Origin: Candidatus Woesearchaeota archaeon
GTDB lineage: Archaea > Nanobdellota > Nanobdellia > Woesearchaeales > DSVV01
Direction of reading: 5' to 3'
Length of the DNA: 64,000 nucleotides
NCBI GenBank assembly: GCA_018303075.1
Contig: JAGVYW010000003.1
Span: 1,598 to 65,597, forward strand
The notes under the pieces are model-generated. The model saw only the letters and a list, made by a program, of their open reading frames with translations. It was not told the DNA's origin and ran no database searches. Position 1 is the first letter of the stretch. Each line of letters opens with the position of its first letter. The position numbers and the translations under genes are program-made. This document shows, one piece after another, positions 26,822 through 36,808 of the stretch.

Positions 26822-27757
26822 TTATGCACCATCCGTAAATAGATGCAATTGATCATTTACTTCTGTATCATCTAATAATGCAATAGGATTCAACTGAACG
26901 ATCTGCTGATTAAATAGTTTTTCCTCTAAAAAATATGCACCAGTAACTATTGCAGGAATATTGTACTTTTCCATAAGCTGCAGTATCTGCTGAATATTTT
27001 TTTGTTTATTTTGTGCACTATAAATTGGTTCTGTTTTATAAATGATTGTATTGTCTAATACAGATTGATAGTTATCAAGTATTTGTTTCTCCCCGAAAAA
27101 TATAACCTTACAGCCACGCTTGAGCATTAATATTGCAGCAAGTATTGAACGTTTATCTTCAATAGATACTATAATAGTGCCTTCAATACCTACAGGCAGA
27201 CCACCAAATGCTACAACTTTGCTTGTAAATAAAAATGCTTTGTTCTCTAATAATTCAATACCTAAATCTAATTCAGCATGCTTAAGATTAACTTTTTTCT
27301 GAAATGTATTGACAACAAATTCACCTATTGCTTTGTCTAACTCAATCGATGGAATTGCATCTTTATCAATACGCTGTGTTGAAATACGAAAAGTTGTACA
27401 ATTCTTTAATTGTGCTGAAAAATAAGAAGTAATTGCTTGTTTTATATTGTTAATACTATCATCTATAACTATTGCAATGCTGTAAGAAGCAATACCAAAA
27501 ACATACCTTAATCTTCTTATCAATAGATTGTATTCGTCGAGAATACTATTATAATCATATGATATAGATTTATCAAATGATTTTAGATGCAACAAGATTC
27601 TTCCCCTAGGATTGCTTAAAGAGATATACTGTATAGTTAGTTTATTCAATAATTGTTTGATATTTTCCATCAATTGTTCCTCAAAAACAAATCTGTTTTT
27701 TCCCTTTGTAGCTATCTCTGCATATCTAATTATACAATAAACTTCATTTTTTGTCAT
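26822..27757 (-). CDS. THUMP-domain ThiI-like protein with degenerate PP-loop (SIEDKRS in place of SGGxDS)
   Basis: N-terminus IIRYAEIATKGKNRFVFEEQLMENIK matches ThiI/THUMP; downstream GTIIVSIEDKRSILAAILMLKRGCKVI aligns with ThiI PP-loop region but lacks SGG. Confidence 0.5.
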   Translation of the reverse strand: MTKNEVYCIIRYAEIATKGKNRFVFEEQLMENIKQLLNKLTIQYISLSNPRGRILLHLKSFDKSISYDYNSILDEYNLLIRRLRYVFGIASYSIAIVIDDSINNIKQAITSYFSAQLKNCTTFRISTQRIDKDAIPSIELDKAIGEFVVNTFQKKVNLKHAELDLGIELLENKAFLFTSKVVAFGGLPVGIEGTIIVSIEDKRSILAAILMLKRGCKVIFFGEKQILDNYQSVLDNTIIYKTEPIYSAQNKQKNIQQILQLMEKYNIPAIVTGAYFLEEKLFNQQIVQLNPIALLDDTEVNDQLHLFTDGA

Positions 27758-28005
27758 TTTATGATAAGGATTTTTTGCTTCTATTAAAAATATTGCGGAA
27801 AAACTGAGAAAAAGATTATTTTTTTCAGAAAAAGTGTTTATTCTTCCAAAATATCCGAAAAATATCCGAAAAACTCGCCGAGTGGTTGTAGATTAGTCGC
27901 TATTAGCTACTTGCCGATAACTACTCTCTAACTTACCACAGTATTTAAATATAACTTGTTATTTATAAAGCCTTTATATATAATTATTACTTGGGGTGTG
28001 ACATT

Positions 28006-28587
28006 ATGGCAAAGAAGAATATTGAAAAAACTGAAAAAATCGATAAAACAAAACGTGATATACAAGTTGTAAATATTGTAGTAAGTACATCATTAGAGCA
28101 TGATATCCCTTTAGAAAAAATGGCTGCTACATTGAGCAATACAGAATATAATCCTGAACAATTTCCAGGATTGGTGCTTCGTATACGAGAACCAAAAACA
28201 TCTGCATTAATATTCAGCTCTGGAAAGGTTGTTTGTACAGGAGCACGATCAATGGATAAGGTGGAAGAGTCTATCAAGAAGATTATCAAAAGTTTAGAGA
28301 AGATCAATGTCAAAATAACAGTAAAACCAAAAATCAATATCCAAAATATTGTTGCATCTGGTTCTGTTGGAATGGATCTAAACTTAAATGTTCTAGCAAT
28401 GAAATTAGAGAACACAGAATATGAACCTGAACAATTTCCAGGATTAGTCTATAAATTACCTCAAGCAAAAGCAACATTTCTATTGTTTAGTAATGGTAAA
28501 ATTGTCTGTACAGGAACAAAAAGCGAAGATGAAGTACATGTTGCAGTTGACAAATTGATTGAAAACTTGAGAAAAGTAAGAAAATAA
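28006..28587 (+). CDS. tbp: TATA-box binding protein
   Basis: Two direct repeats each with EQFPGLVxR...SGKVVCTG; unmistakable TBP. Confidence 0.95.
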   Translation: MAKKNIEKTEKIDKTKRDIQVVNIVVSTSLEHDIPLEKMAATLSNTEYNPEQFPGLVLRIREPKTSALIFSSGKVVCTGARSMDKVEESIKKIIKSLEKINVKITVKPKINIQNIVASGSVGMDLNLNVLAMKLENTEYEPEQFPGLVYKLPQAKATFLLFSNGKIVCTGTKSEDEVHVAVDKLIENLRKVRK

Positions 28588-28649
28588 AAATGAAAACTTT
28601 TCCATTTTTTTAATAATCTATTTAAAATGCAACAATATTCTTACTAATT

Positions 28650-30671
28650 ATGGAAGTAGCTGAACAAATAAGCAAGTTTCAAGAATTTCTGGAAATGCAT
28701 TATCATGCAAAATTACTAGAAATAGCACGATTAGGACAGAAGTTTATTGAGATTGATTTTGAAGAATTAAGCAAATTTTCTCCAGAATTAGTTGATGATT
28801 TAATAGAATACCCTGAAGAAACCATTAAAGCTTTTGAACTCTCTTGCAGCAATTTTGATCTCCCAAATGAAACAAAAGAGATTAGAATAAGAATATTTAA
28901 TCTAACTGCAGAGCAAAGAATTCTTATTAGAAATATTCGTTCAACACATATTGGAAAACTTATTTGGTTTGAAGGTGTTGTCAGGCAGAAGAGTGATGTA
29001 AGACCACAGGTTACCTCTGCACGATTTGAATGCCCTAGCTGCGGAAATATAATCACAGTATTACAACTAGATACAAAGTTTAAAGAACCAACACGCTGCG
29101 GCTGTGGAAGAAAAGGGAAATTCAGATTATTAACAAAAGAACTTGTTGATGCACAAGGTTTGGTACTTGAGGAATCCACAAAAGATCTAGATGGAGGGGA
29201 ACAACCAAAAAGAATCAATGTCTTCTTGAAAAATGATTTAGTTTCTCCAATATCTGAGAAAAGAACAAATCCTGGAAGTTCTGTTAGATTATCTGGGATT
29301 ATTAAAGAAGTACCAATCATATTAAAATCAGGAGGACAATCAACAAAATTTGACCTTATTGTTGAAGCAAATCATGTTGAAGCAATACAAGAAGATTATA
29401 CTAATATCAACATCTCAGAGGAAGAAGAAAAGAAAATACGAGAATTATCACAAGACCTAAAATTAATGGAAAAACTAACCCAGGCACTTGCTCCAGGAAT
29501 ATTTGGACATGATAGAATCAAAGAAGCTCTTTTGATGCAGTTTGCTGGAGGAGTGACTAAAACAAGAGATGATGGTGTAAAGACGAGAGGAGATATTCAC
29601 GTTCTTTTAATAGGAGACCCTGGTTCAGGAAAATCTCAGCTCCTTAAACGAGCATCTGTCGTTGCGCCTAAGTCAAGATACGTAAGCGGCAAGGGTACAT
29701 CCGGAGCAGGATTGACTGCTTCAGTTGTAAAAGATGAATTTCTCTCTGGATGGAGCCTAGAAGCAGGAGCAATTGTGCTTGCAAATCGCGGTGTATTGAT
29801 GATTGATGAATTAGATAAAATGAGCGATGATGACAGAAGTGCAATGCATGAAGCGCTTGAACAGCAAACAGTCTCTATATCCAAAGCAAATATCCAAGCA
29901 ACATTGCGATGTGAAACTACTGTGCTAGCGGCAGCAAATCCTAAATTTGGAAGATTTGATCCTTATGAAAATATTGCAAAACAAATAGATCTGCCTCCTG
30001 CATTAATCAACAGATTTGATCTTATCTTTACAATCAAAGATGTACCCAATGAAGAACGTGATGAGAGAATGGCAAAATTCATCCTAACAATGCATAAGGA
30101 GAAATTAACTGAAGAACCTGAAATTCCAACAGACTTACTTAGAAAATATCTTATCTATACACGACAAAAAATCTCTCCAATATTAACTGATGCTGCGCTT
30201 GATGAGCTTAAAGAATATTATGTTAAGATAAGATCAACAGGCACAAGCGAAGAATCTGCAATAAAATCAGTGCCAATATCTCCAAGACAATTGGAAGCAT
30301 TGATAAGACTTTCTGAAGCATCTGCTAAATTAAGATTGAGCGATAAGATCACAAAAAAGGATGCAAAAAAAGCTATTGCTATCTTAATGTATTGTTTAGA
30401 ACAAGTCGGATTAGATCCTGAAACTGGAAAGATAGATATTGATAAAATAACCTCTGGAATTACATCCTCTGAAAGAAGCAAGATTATAATTGTAAAAGAA
30501 ATTATCAATGAATTAGAAGTTAAGTTTGGAAAAATGATCCCTATTGAAGAAATTGTCAAGACAGCAGCTGAAAAGAATATTGATGCAGATAAAGTAGAAG
30601 AAACAATTGAAAAGCTAAAAAGAACAGGTGACTTGTTTGAACCAAAACCTGGAAAAGTGCAGAAGATCTAG
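28650..30671 (+). CDS. mcm: MCM replicative helicase
   Basis: Zinc finger CPSCGN..CGCG, Walker A IHVLLIGDPGSGKSQLLK, Walker B MIDELDKM, arginine finger region; 673 aa, no intein. Confidence 0.95.
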   Translation: MEVAEQISKFQEFLEMHYHAKLLEIARLGQKFIEIDFEELSKFSPELVDDLIEYPEETIKAFELSCSNFDLPNETKEIRIRIFNLTAEQRILIRNIRSTHIGKLIWFEGVVRQKSDVRPQVTSARFECPSCGNIITVLQLDTKFKEPTRCGCGRKGKFRLLTKELVDAQGLVLEESTKDLDGGEQPKRINVFLKNDLVSPISEKRTNPGSSVRLSGIIKEVPIILKSGGQSTKFDLIVEANHVEAIQEDYTNINISEEEEKKIRELSQDLKLMEKLTQALAPGIFGHDRIKEALLMQFAGGVTKTRDDGVKTRGDIHVLLIGDPGSGKSQLLKRASVVAPKSRYVSGKGTSGAGLTASVVKDEFLSGWSLEAGAIVLANRGVLMIDELDKMSDDDRSAMHEALEQQTVSISKANIQATLRCETTVLAAANPKFGRFDPYENIAKQIDLPPALINRFDLIFTIKDVPNEERDERMAKFILTMHKEKLTEEPEIPTDLLRKYLIYTRQKISPILTDAALDELKEYYVKIRSTGTSEESAIKSVPISPRQLEALIRLSEASAKLRLSDKITKKDAKKAIAILMYCLEQVGLDPETGKIDIDKITSGITSSERSKIIIVKEIINELEVKFGKMIPIEEIVKTAAEKNIDADKVEETIEKLKRTGDLFEPKPGKVQKI

Positions 30672-30749
30672 GATGAAAAGATTTAATTTTGTCAATTTTT
30701 ATGATTAGTTGTTAGTTATATTTTTAAATGAATAAGGATTTCTACTATT

Positions 30750-31433
30750 ATGGCGTCAAAAAGACAAGCTGCGTATATTATGAGCATTCATGATGTGTTA
30801 AAATTGCCATCCCTTTTTGAAGATAAAAATAATCTTCCAAAAGTAAATGTTGTAGGGATTGTTGTTTCTGTTGATATTGATCCACAAATAAGCACTGTTG
30901 TTGTAGATGATGGAACTTCTTCTATCGTATTGCGATTTTTTGAAATGCATGAACTATTGAATTCATTAACTATTGGAAATATTGTGAAAATAATAGGAAG
31001 TCCGAGATATTTACATAATGAGATATATGTTGTTCCTGAAATAATCAAAAAAATTGATAAGCATAAATGGATTGAATACAGAAATCTTGAGCTAAAAATA
31101 TTAAAGCCATTGTATGACTCATTATTACAAACACCATTGGTAGAACAACCTAAAGAAAATAATAACAATGATAAAATTACTGAAGAAACTGTCGTAGGAG
31201 ATATGATTGTAGAAGAAGAAGTTGTACAAAATGAAGAGATTAAGATTGAAAAAAGCGAGAATATCCTTGATAAAATATTAATAACTATAGCTAAACTTGA
31301 TACTGGAAAAGGAGCAGCATATGATGAACTTGTTTCTGCAATCAATCATCAAGATTGTGAAAAATTACTAAAGAAATTAATAGAGCAAGGCGAAATCTTT
31401 GAGGTAAAACCAGGAAGGATCAAGGTGCTGTAG
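30750..31433 (+). CDS. OB-fold plus C-terminal winged-helix protein, RPA32/Stn1-like ssDNA-binding subunit
   Basis: VNVVGIVVSV...VVVDDGTSSIVLRFFE OB-fold pattern; C-terminal ILITIAKLDTGKGAAYDELVSAI wH; directly downstream of mcm. Confidence 0.45.
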   Translation: MASKRQAAYIMSIHDVLKLPSLFEDKNNLPKVNVVGIVVSVDIDPQISTVVVDDGTSSIVLRFFEMHELLNSLTIGNIVKIIGSPRYLHNEIYVVPEIIKKIDKHKWIEYRNLELKILKPLYDSLLQTPLVEQPKENNNNDKITEETVVGDMIVEEEVVQNEEIKIEKSENILDKILITIAKLDTGKGAAYDELVSAINHQDCEKLLKKLIEQGEIFEVKPGRIKVL

Positions 31434-31436
31434 AAT

Positions 31437-32276
31437 TTAGAATACTCTATAAGAAACATAAACTTCTATGACTGCTGCGAATACTAATACTGCAATTGAG
31501 ATTACTAATAACTCTGAAACATCAAATACTATGTTTTTGAATGCTTTTGTACCAACTTTGTGGCGAATGACCGCAATTGAGATTAATCCTCCAGCTAATG
31601 CTGCAATAAAGTATGACAAAATTTCAAAAATACCGTGAACCATATACTTAGAAATACCTATGGATACAATATTGATTACACCTGCTGAAGAAGCATAACC
31701 TGTTACATTTACTAATTGCTTTTTGATAAATGTACCAATCGCAGCTGCTATAACTGTAGCATTCCATGTAAGAATAAACATTGCACCAACACCATAAATA
31801 AATGAAAATAAGACGCAGATAATTAAAACACGCAGATTGTTCAATAAGATATTAGTAAAATAATCAAAGTGAAAAGCATTGCCAGATATTTGACCATTAA
31901 TAGAACTAATAGTATCAATTTGAGATTTAAATAAAAAACTTGTATAAGAATCCGGAAGCAATACATACCATAATGTTAATGAGAGCATTATACCCAAAAA
32001 GAGAAACATAAACACAAACAATGCTTTTGAATGTTCTACTAATAATGTTTTTTCTGAAAGGTTTAATTCGTCTTTTTGCTCCTCAAATTTAATAGTGTTG
32101 TATACGATAGGAAAAGATAATAAAACAACTAGAAAAACCATTATCAACGACGATTGTGTTTTGAATATAAAATAACTTACAAACATTGCAATTGTTGAAA
32201 AAAGTATTCCTAAGAAAAACATCTGCCATGGCTGCTTCTCTGCATCCACTGGCTTGAAAAGATTATCTAATACCAT
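31437..32276 (-). CDS. polytopic membrane protein (6+ TM), possibly SpoIIM/DUF95-like
   Basis: Multiple hydrophobic helices in translation. Confidence 0.35.
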   Translation of the reverse strand: MVLDNLFKPVDAEKQPWQMFFLGILFSTIAMFVSYFIFKTQSSLIMVFLVVLLSFPIVYNTIKFEEQKDELNLSEKTLLVEHSKALFVFMFLFLGIMLSLTLWYVLLPDSYTSFLFKSQIDTISSINGQISGNAFHFDYFTNILLNNLRVLIICVLFSFIYGVGAMFILTWNATVIAAAIGTFIKKQLVNVTGYASSAGVINIVSIGISKYMVHGIFEILSYFIAALAGGLISIAVIRHKVGTKAFKNIVFDVSELLVISIAVLVFAAVIEVYVSYRVF

Positions 32277-32376
32277 GATTATCTTGTGGAATAAATTATT
32301 TATAAAGCTTTAGTATTTTTTGCTGTGTTGCATAAATAGATATACATTTATATACCTCTTAAGAAACCATTGCTCT

Positions 32377-32775
32377 ATGGATAGTTATGAAGAATTATTG
32401 AATAAAGCATATGAGAAATTGCCGCAGCAAAGCTTAGAAACTACTAGATTTGAGATTCCAAAAGTAAGAGGGCATATTCAAGGTAATAACACTATTATCA
32501 GCAATTTTCATCAAATTGCTGATACTTTACAAAGAACTCCTGAACATATTCTTAAATTTGTGCTTAAAGAACTTGCTACACCAGGGGAATTAAAAAAGTC
32601 TGGTGTAATAATTGGTACAAAAATCCCAGCTTCCAGGATTAATGAAAAAATTGAGAGATATACTGAAGAATTTGTAATATGCAAACAATGCAAAAAACCA
32701 GATACAAAGCTAACTAAAGAAGGAAATTATACATTCCTTAAATGTATGGCATGTGGAAGCAAATATTCAGTTTAA
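32377..32775 (+). CDS. eif2b: translation initiation factor aIF2 beta subunit
   Basis: C-terminal zinc ribbon CKQCKKPDT...CMACGS and aIF2-beta core; start at MDSYEELL (ORF-track start is upstream extension). Confidence 0.85.
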   Translation: MDSYEELLNKAYEKLPQQSLETTRFEIPKVRGHIQGNNTIISNFHQIADTLQRTPEHILKFVLKELATPGELKKSGVIIGTKIPASRINEKIERYTEEFVICKQCKKPDTKLTKEGNYTFLKCMACGSKYSV

Positions 32776-32835
32776 TTCTTGCGAATTTCATTCAGCAAGA
32801 ATTGACTTTTAGAGAATAAAGATTTTGTTGAAAAC

Positions 32836-33189
32836 GTGGGTAATATGATAAATCAGCAAGAGATAAAAAAATCTGAAGAATTTTCTATAGTTAAAAAACA
32901 TGTAACACCACAAGGATTTCTTATGCTGGCAGTTTGTGATGAAAATTTGTTAGGGAAAAGATTTGAAGAAGGAAAACTACAGCTTGATTTAACAGTTAAT
33001 TATTACAACGGAGATCGTGTTGATGAAACTGAACTTCTTCAATTATTGAAAAAAACTTATCAAGGTAATTTTGTTGGAGAATCTTGTATTGCAATTGCAA
33101 TCAAACATCATTTTCTTTCTAAAGAAAGCATTAAACATATTGCTGGGATTGCTTATGCAAATATGTGCCAAATTGATGAGATAAAGTAG
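32836..33189 (+). CDS. conserved small archaeal protein (DUF424-like) commonly linked to aIF2-beta
   Basis: Position and LLAVCDENLLGK motif; weak recollection. Confidence 0.3.
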   Translation: MGNMINQQEIKKSEEFSIVKKHVTPQGFLMLAVCDENLLGKRFEEGKLQLDLTVNYYNGDRVDETELLQLLKKTYQGNFVGESCIAIAIKHHFLSKESIKHIAGIAYANMCQIDEIK

Positions 33190-33208
33190 TTATGATTGCA
33201 TATCTTAG

Positions 33209-36200
33209 TTAAGGTAAGGATTCATTTTCATTCTGAGCAAGAGAACTAAACCATTTTCCCAAACCTTCTTGAACCTCTGCTTCTTTACCAAAAACACTTT
33301 CAATCCTTATTTTGAGAAGGCTTAATGTCTGTTTCAAATAAGGAGGGATGTTGAACTCTGCAGCTAAAGAAATACTTTTGTCAAGATATTTGACAACTGA
33401 GCCTTCACTTACTGTAAACAATAACTTACCTGAACATTTTGTGCACTTGCCTATCAAAGGAGGCCTGCGAAAGATCTCATTGCATTTTACACAGCGAAAA
33501 GCCTGCTGTGAAAATTTTCTAAGATTCCCTTTTGTATCTTTAAGAAAATGACGTTCAATCACTAATCTTGCAACATCTGTCTCATCAACTGCACGGATTA
33601 ATTTTGCTAACTCCATCTGACCATGTAATTTCTCATCCATTGAAGGCAATGCTTTATATGCTGAACATGCCACTCCTTGATTGATGTCAGAAGTATCATG
33701 TGTAAATCCCATCCCTTCATATTGTTTTTCAGTTCCAATCCTATGCTTAATCTGCTCAATCTTTACATCTCCTGCTGGCTTGTACTCAGCAGCTGCTTCA
33801 TAGAACTCAAGAGGATAAAACCAAGCAGTGTCTAACCCATGAGCTTGATCATCAACTTCTGAAGGATTTAATAATGATGTTAATACTAATGGAGCATCCA
33901 TTGTTTTTGCACCACGAGTGTTTGGCAGAAAATTGCTTGAAAAATTAAGCAAACAATCTAAAAGCATACTTACACTTGCTTCGTCACCATCACAGTCGCG
34001 TCTCAAAGATGCATGAAACAACGGATGCGCAAACATTGCCTGTGTTTTTGAAAAACCAATAATCCTTCCAACCATTCCTGAAGAGATGTGAGGAGCTAAT
34101 GCAAGAACTAACTGACCAACAAGATCTTGCTTTGAATTAAGATTATAATAAGAAGGTAGTTTATAAAAATCTTGCAATAAATCATCAATAAAGTTTGCAA
34201 CCCTAAATAATACTTCATATGATGTTTCATCCAATGCTTCCTTTGATGCTGGAAGAATAATATCTTGAGTCTTAATCTCAAGAACTTGATTTTCGTGTAT
34301 TAGCTCTTTCCCATTTATATCATGTGAGTAACCTAATTCTTTGAGTTTTTCTATTGAAGTAGCTATTTCTTTTGGTTTGAAATGAGTGATTGGCAGTTCT
34401 GACATGTCAAAACGAATTGTACCATCTTTATTAACATAGACATCATGTTTTGCACGAATAATCCCTTTGATAAGATTTTCAGGTATATGGTCTTTATTGC
34501 TTGTTCCACGTACACCTTTTATTAAATCTGGGTAATTTCTTGTCTGCAACCTTTTTAATGCTGAATTAATATATTCGTTGATATCAATCTCCTGCGATGT
34601 ATAAGTTTTTGCATTACCATGTACACATGATTCTTTCTCTATGACGCCACAGAGTTTACAAGAATATCTTTTTTCTGCAGTTGCATAACATTTATGACAT
34701 TTCTTATAAACTGTGTTCATATTGCATTGCACACAATAATAGATTGGAAAATCTGCATTTATCTTTCCAACGCCCATTGCAGATTGAAAACTCCTTAATC
34801 TTGCACCTTCTTCTCCTACTGGAAATAATACTTGTGGAGAACCATTTAGCTTACGCATCTTTGCTTTTTCTGGCCTGCCCATCCTTGCACCAATAAATGT
34901 TCCAGATTTATCCCTTATTCTTATTGAAAAAATATTGTTTATATTCTCTATCGTTGAGCTTGTTTCATCAAATGAGAATTTTGCAGAAGGACTGCAATAA
35001 TTATTTTTATACATTCCAAGAGTTGCAAGCATAGCTCGAGCATCTTCTTTTTCAATTACAATAAACTCATTATTTACAACTAAATGAGGCAATCCTATTA
35101 ACTCAAGTATTATTTTTAATCCACCATCAAAATTGAAAATAATCTTAATTATTTTGTTATCTTCTTGAATTATTTTTGCGCTGATTATATATTGAATCAA
35201 TTTACTTAATTGGTTTACAGTTATCAATCGCCAATGATAAGTGTAATAAGGATGTAATGGTATATCAAACTTTTCTGAAAGCATAAGTGCATCATTTGCT
35301 TTAATCGGAAAAAGCCTGTCATTTAACAGATTTTTAATAAGATCTTTAGAAACTCCTGAAAATTCAGACATCATCATTGCAATTGTCTCTGAATTATTCT
35401 CTGTATTGCAACTGCATTTTTCTCTTGCTGCTTTTTGAAGCTCTAACAACCACCATTCTTCATTATATCCACAAGGTACTAGTATGTGCCCATTTTCAGA
35501 AAAATCCCCATAACTAAATAAAATGTCACCCATAAATAAGATCTTATCAATATTTGGTAGATTGCTAACTGCAGCTTCAATTGTATTTATTCTTACAACT
35601 GAACTGTTTTTTAATCGAATGATTGGACCTTCAAGCTGATCACATGTTGTAATGGCAGAAGCCTTCCCTGGACGCTCCATCTTTAATTGTGTTGCAATTG
35701 CAATATATTTTCTTAATAAGTACATAGTTGCTGGATTAATTGCAGAAGCTGAAAATCCTGTTGTTCTTGCTCTTCCATAACGCAGACGAAAACCACCATC
35801 TCTCATAGGATATGTTAAGACAGGTCTTCCAGCAACTATATCTGCAATAAATGTATAATTTGGTGAAATCTTCTCTTTTTTTGTATCACCTGTTACTTTT
35901 TTTGCTTTTATTTGTTTTTGTAATCTGAGAAATTCATCTAGAAAATCCCATTCTAACTGCATCTCTTTGCCCCATTTCTCTAAACGTTTCCATATTTTTG
36001 CTGCTTTTTGTGCAAGTCCCTCTGCCATTACTAAGCAGATTCCACCACGAATCCTATTTGTTTCAATCCTTGGGATATCCTTAAAATTTGAAACTTCAAA
36101 TTTCTCTGTTGGATCACCATCAATCTGTATTGGTACATTTCTTGCAAGAAATTCTATCTCTTCTTGTGAAGGAAAATACTGCAGATTTGTTACACGTTCA

Positions 36201-36799
36201 TGATAATCAATTATCTCTGTCTTAAATCGTTTAATCTCATTTTCAGTAGGATCATATTTCGCATATCCCATCTTTACTCTAACATAATCTGTGATTAAAA
36301 GAGAAAATGCTGCTGCAGTTCCGCCAGCACCCCTGATCGGACCAGCATAACAAGGAGCAAAGTATTCTTCACCTGATGATGTTTTTTTAATCCGCAATTC
36401 AATAAATCCTTCTAAAGGAGCAGAAACAATCCCTCCTGTTTGATATGCAAATCCTGTTCTTATGCCTACTTCCATAGCTTCTTTTTTATCTTTAAAACTA
36501 CAAAACTTTTGTTCTGCAACTTCATGAGCAATAATTAAAGCTATTCTCCAATCTAAATGGGAATATAATTTTTCTAGTTCTAAGATCCTATTTGTTACAC
36601 CTGAACCTATTAATTGGGGTGCAACTACACTAATCAACCCTTCTACTCTTTCAGCCATATTTTTTGCCAATTTGATATCTACTTTTGGTTCTGGGTCAAA
36701 ATTTAATTGCCTTGCTGTTTGTGCAAGTTTATAACATTTTATTAGCTCTGCATCAATTGTTTGGAAATAATGCTGCATTTTTGCTGAACATACAACCAT
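33209..36799 (-). CDS. polD2: DNA polymerase D (PolD) large subunit DP2
   Basis: 1196 aa; catalytic DCDGDE, multiple CxxC zinc fingers; N-terminus from MQHYFQTIDAE (alt. start 36778) resembles Pyrococcus DP2. Confidence 0.9.
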   Translation of the reverse strand: MVVCSAKMQHYFQTIDAELIKCYKLAQTARQLNFDPEPKVDIKLAKNMAERVEGLISVVAPQLIGSGVTNRILELEKLYSHLDWRIALIIAHEVAEQKFCSFKDKKEAMEVGIRTGFAYQTGGIVSAPLEGFIELRIKKTSSGEEYFAPCYAGPIRGAGGTAAAFSLLITDYVRVKMGYAKYDPTENEIKRFKTEIIDYHERVTNLQYFPSQEEIEFLARNVPIQIDGDPTEKFEVSNFKDIPRIETNRIRGGICLVMAEGLAQKAAKIWKRLEKWGKEMQLEWDFLDEFLRLQKQIKAKKVTGDTKKEKISPNYTFIADIVAGRPVLTYPMRDGGFRLRYGRARTTGFSASAINPATMYLLRKYIAIATQLKMERPGKASAITTCDQLEGPIIRLKNSSVVRINTIEAAVSNLPNIDKILFMGDILFSYGDFSENGHILVPCGYNEEWWLLELQKAAREKCSCNTENNSETIAMMMSEFSGVSKDLIKNLLNDRLFPIKANDALMLSEKFDIPLHPYYTYHWRLITVNQLSKLIQYIISAKIIQEDNKIIKIIFNFDGGLKIILELIGLPHLVVNNEFIVIEKEDARAMLATLGMYKNNYCSPSAKFSFDETSSTIENINNIFSIRIRDKSGTFIGARMGRPEKAKMRKLNGSPQVLFPVGEEGARLRSFQSAMGVGKINADFPIYYCVQCNMNTVYKKCHKCYATAEKRYSCKLCGVIEKESCVHGNAKTYTSQEIDINEYINSALKRLQTRNYPDLIKGVRGTSNKDHIPENLIKGIIRAKHDVYVNKDGTIRFDMSELPITHFKPKEIATSIEKLKELGYSHDINGKELIHENQVLEIKTQDIILPASKEALDETSYEVLFRVANFIDDLLQDFYKLPSYYNLNSKQDLVGQLVLALAPHISSGMVGRIIGFSKTQAMFAHPLFHASLRRDCDGDEASVSMLLDCLLNFSSNFLPNTRGAKTMDAPLVLTSLLNPSEVDDQAHGLDTAWFYPLEFYEAAAEYKPAGDVKIEQIKHRIGTEKQYEGMGFTHDTSDINQGVACSAYKALPSMDEKLHGQMELAKLIRAVDETDVARLVIERHFLKDTKGNLRKFSQQAFRCVKCNEIFRRPPLIGKCTKCSGKLLFTVSEGSVVKYLDKSISLAAEFNIPPYLKQTLSLLKIRIESVFGKEAEVQEGLGKWFSSLAQNENESLP

Positions 36800-36808
36800 G
36801 TATTCACC

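Noticed and set aside
28703-31345. Antisense ORFs inside mcm, the RPA32-like gene and others (28703..29320, 29636..29884, 30218..30559, 30788..31345)
   Set aside because: Opposite strand of well-supported genes. Serine/leucine-rich artefacts of AT-rich DNA.
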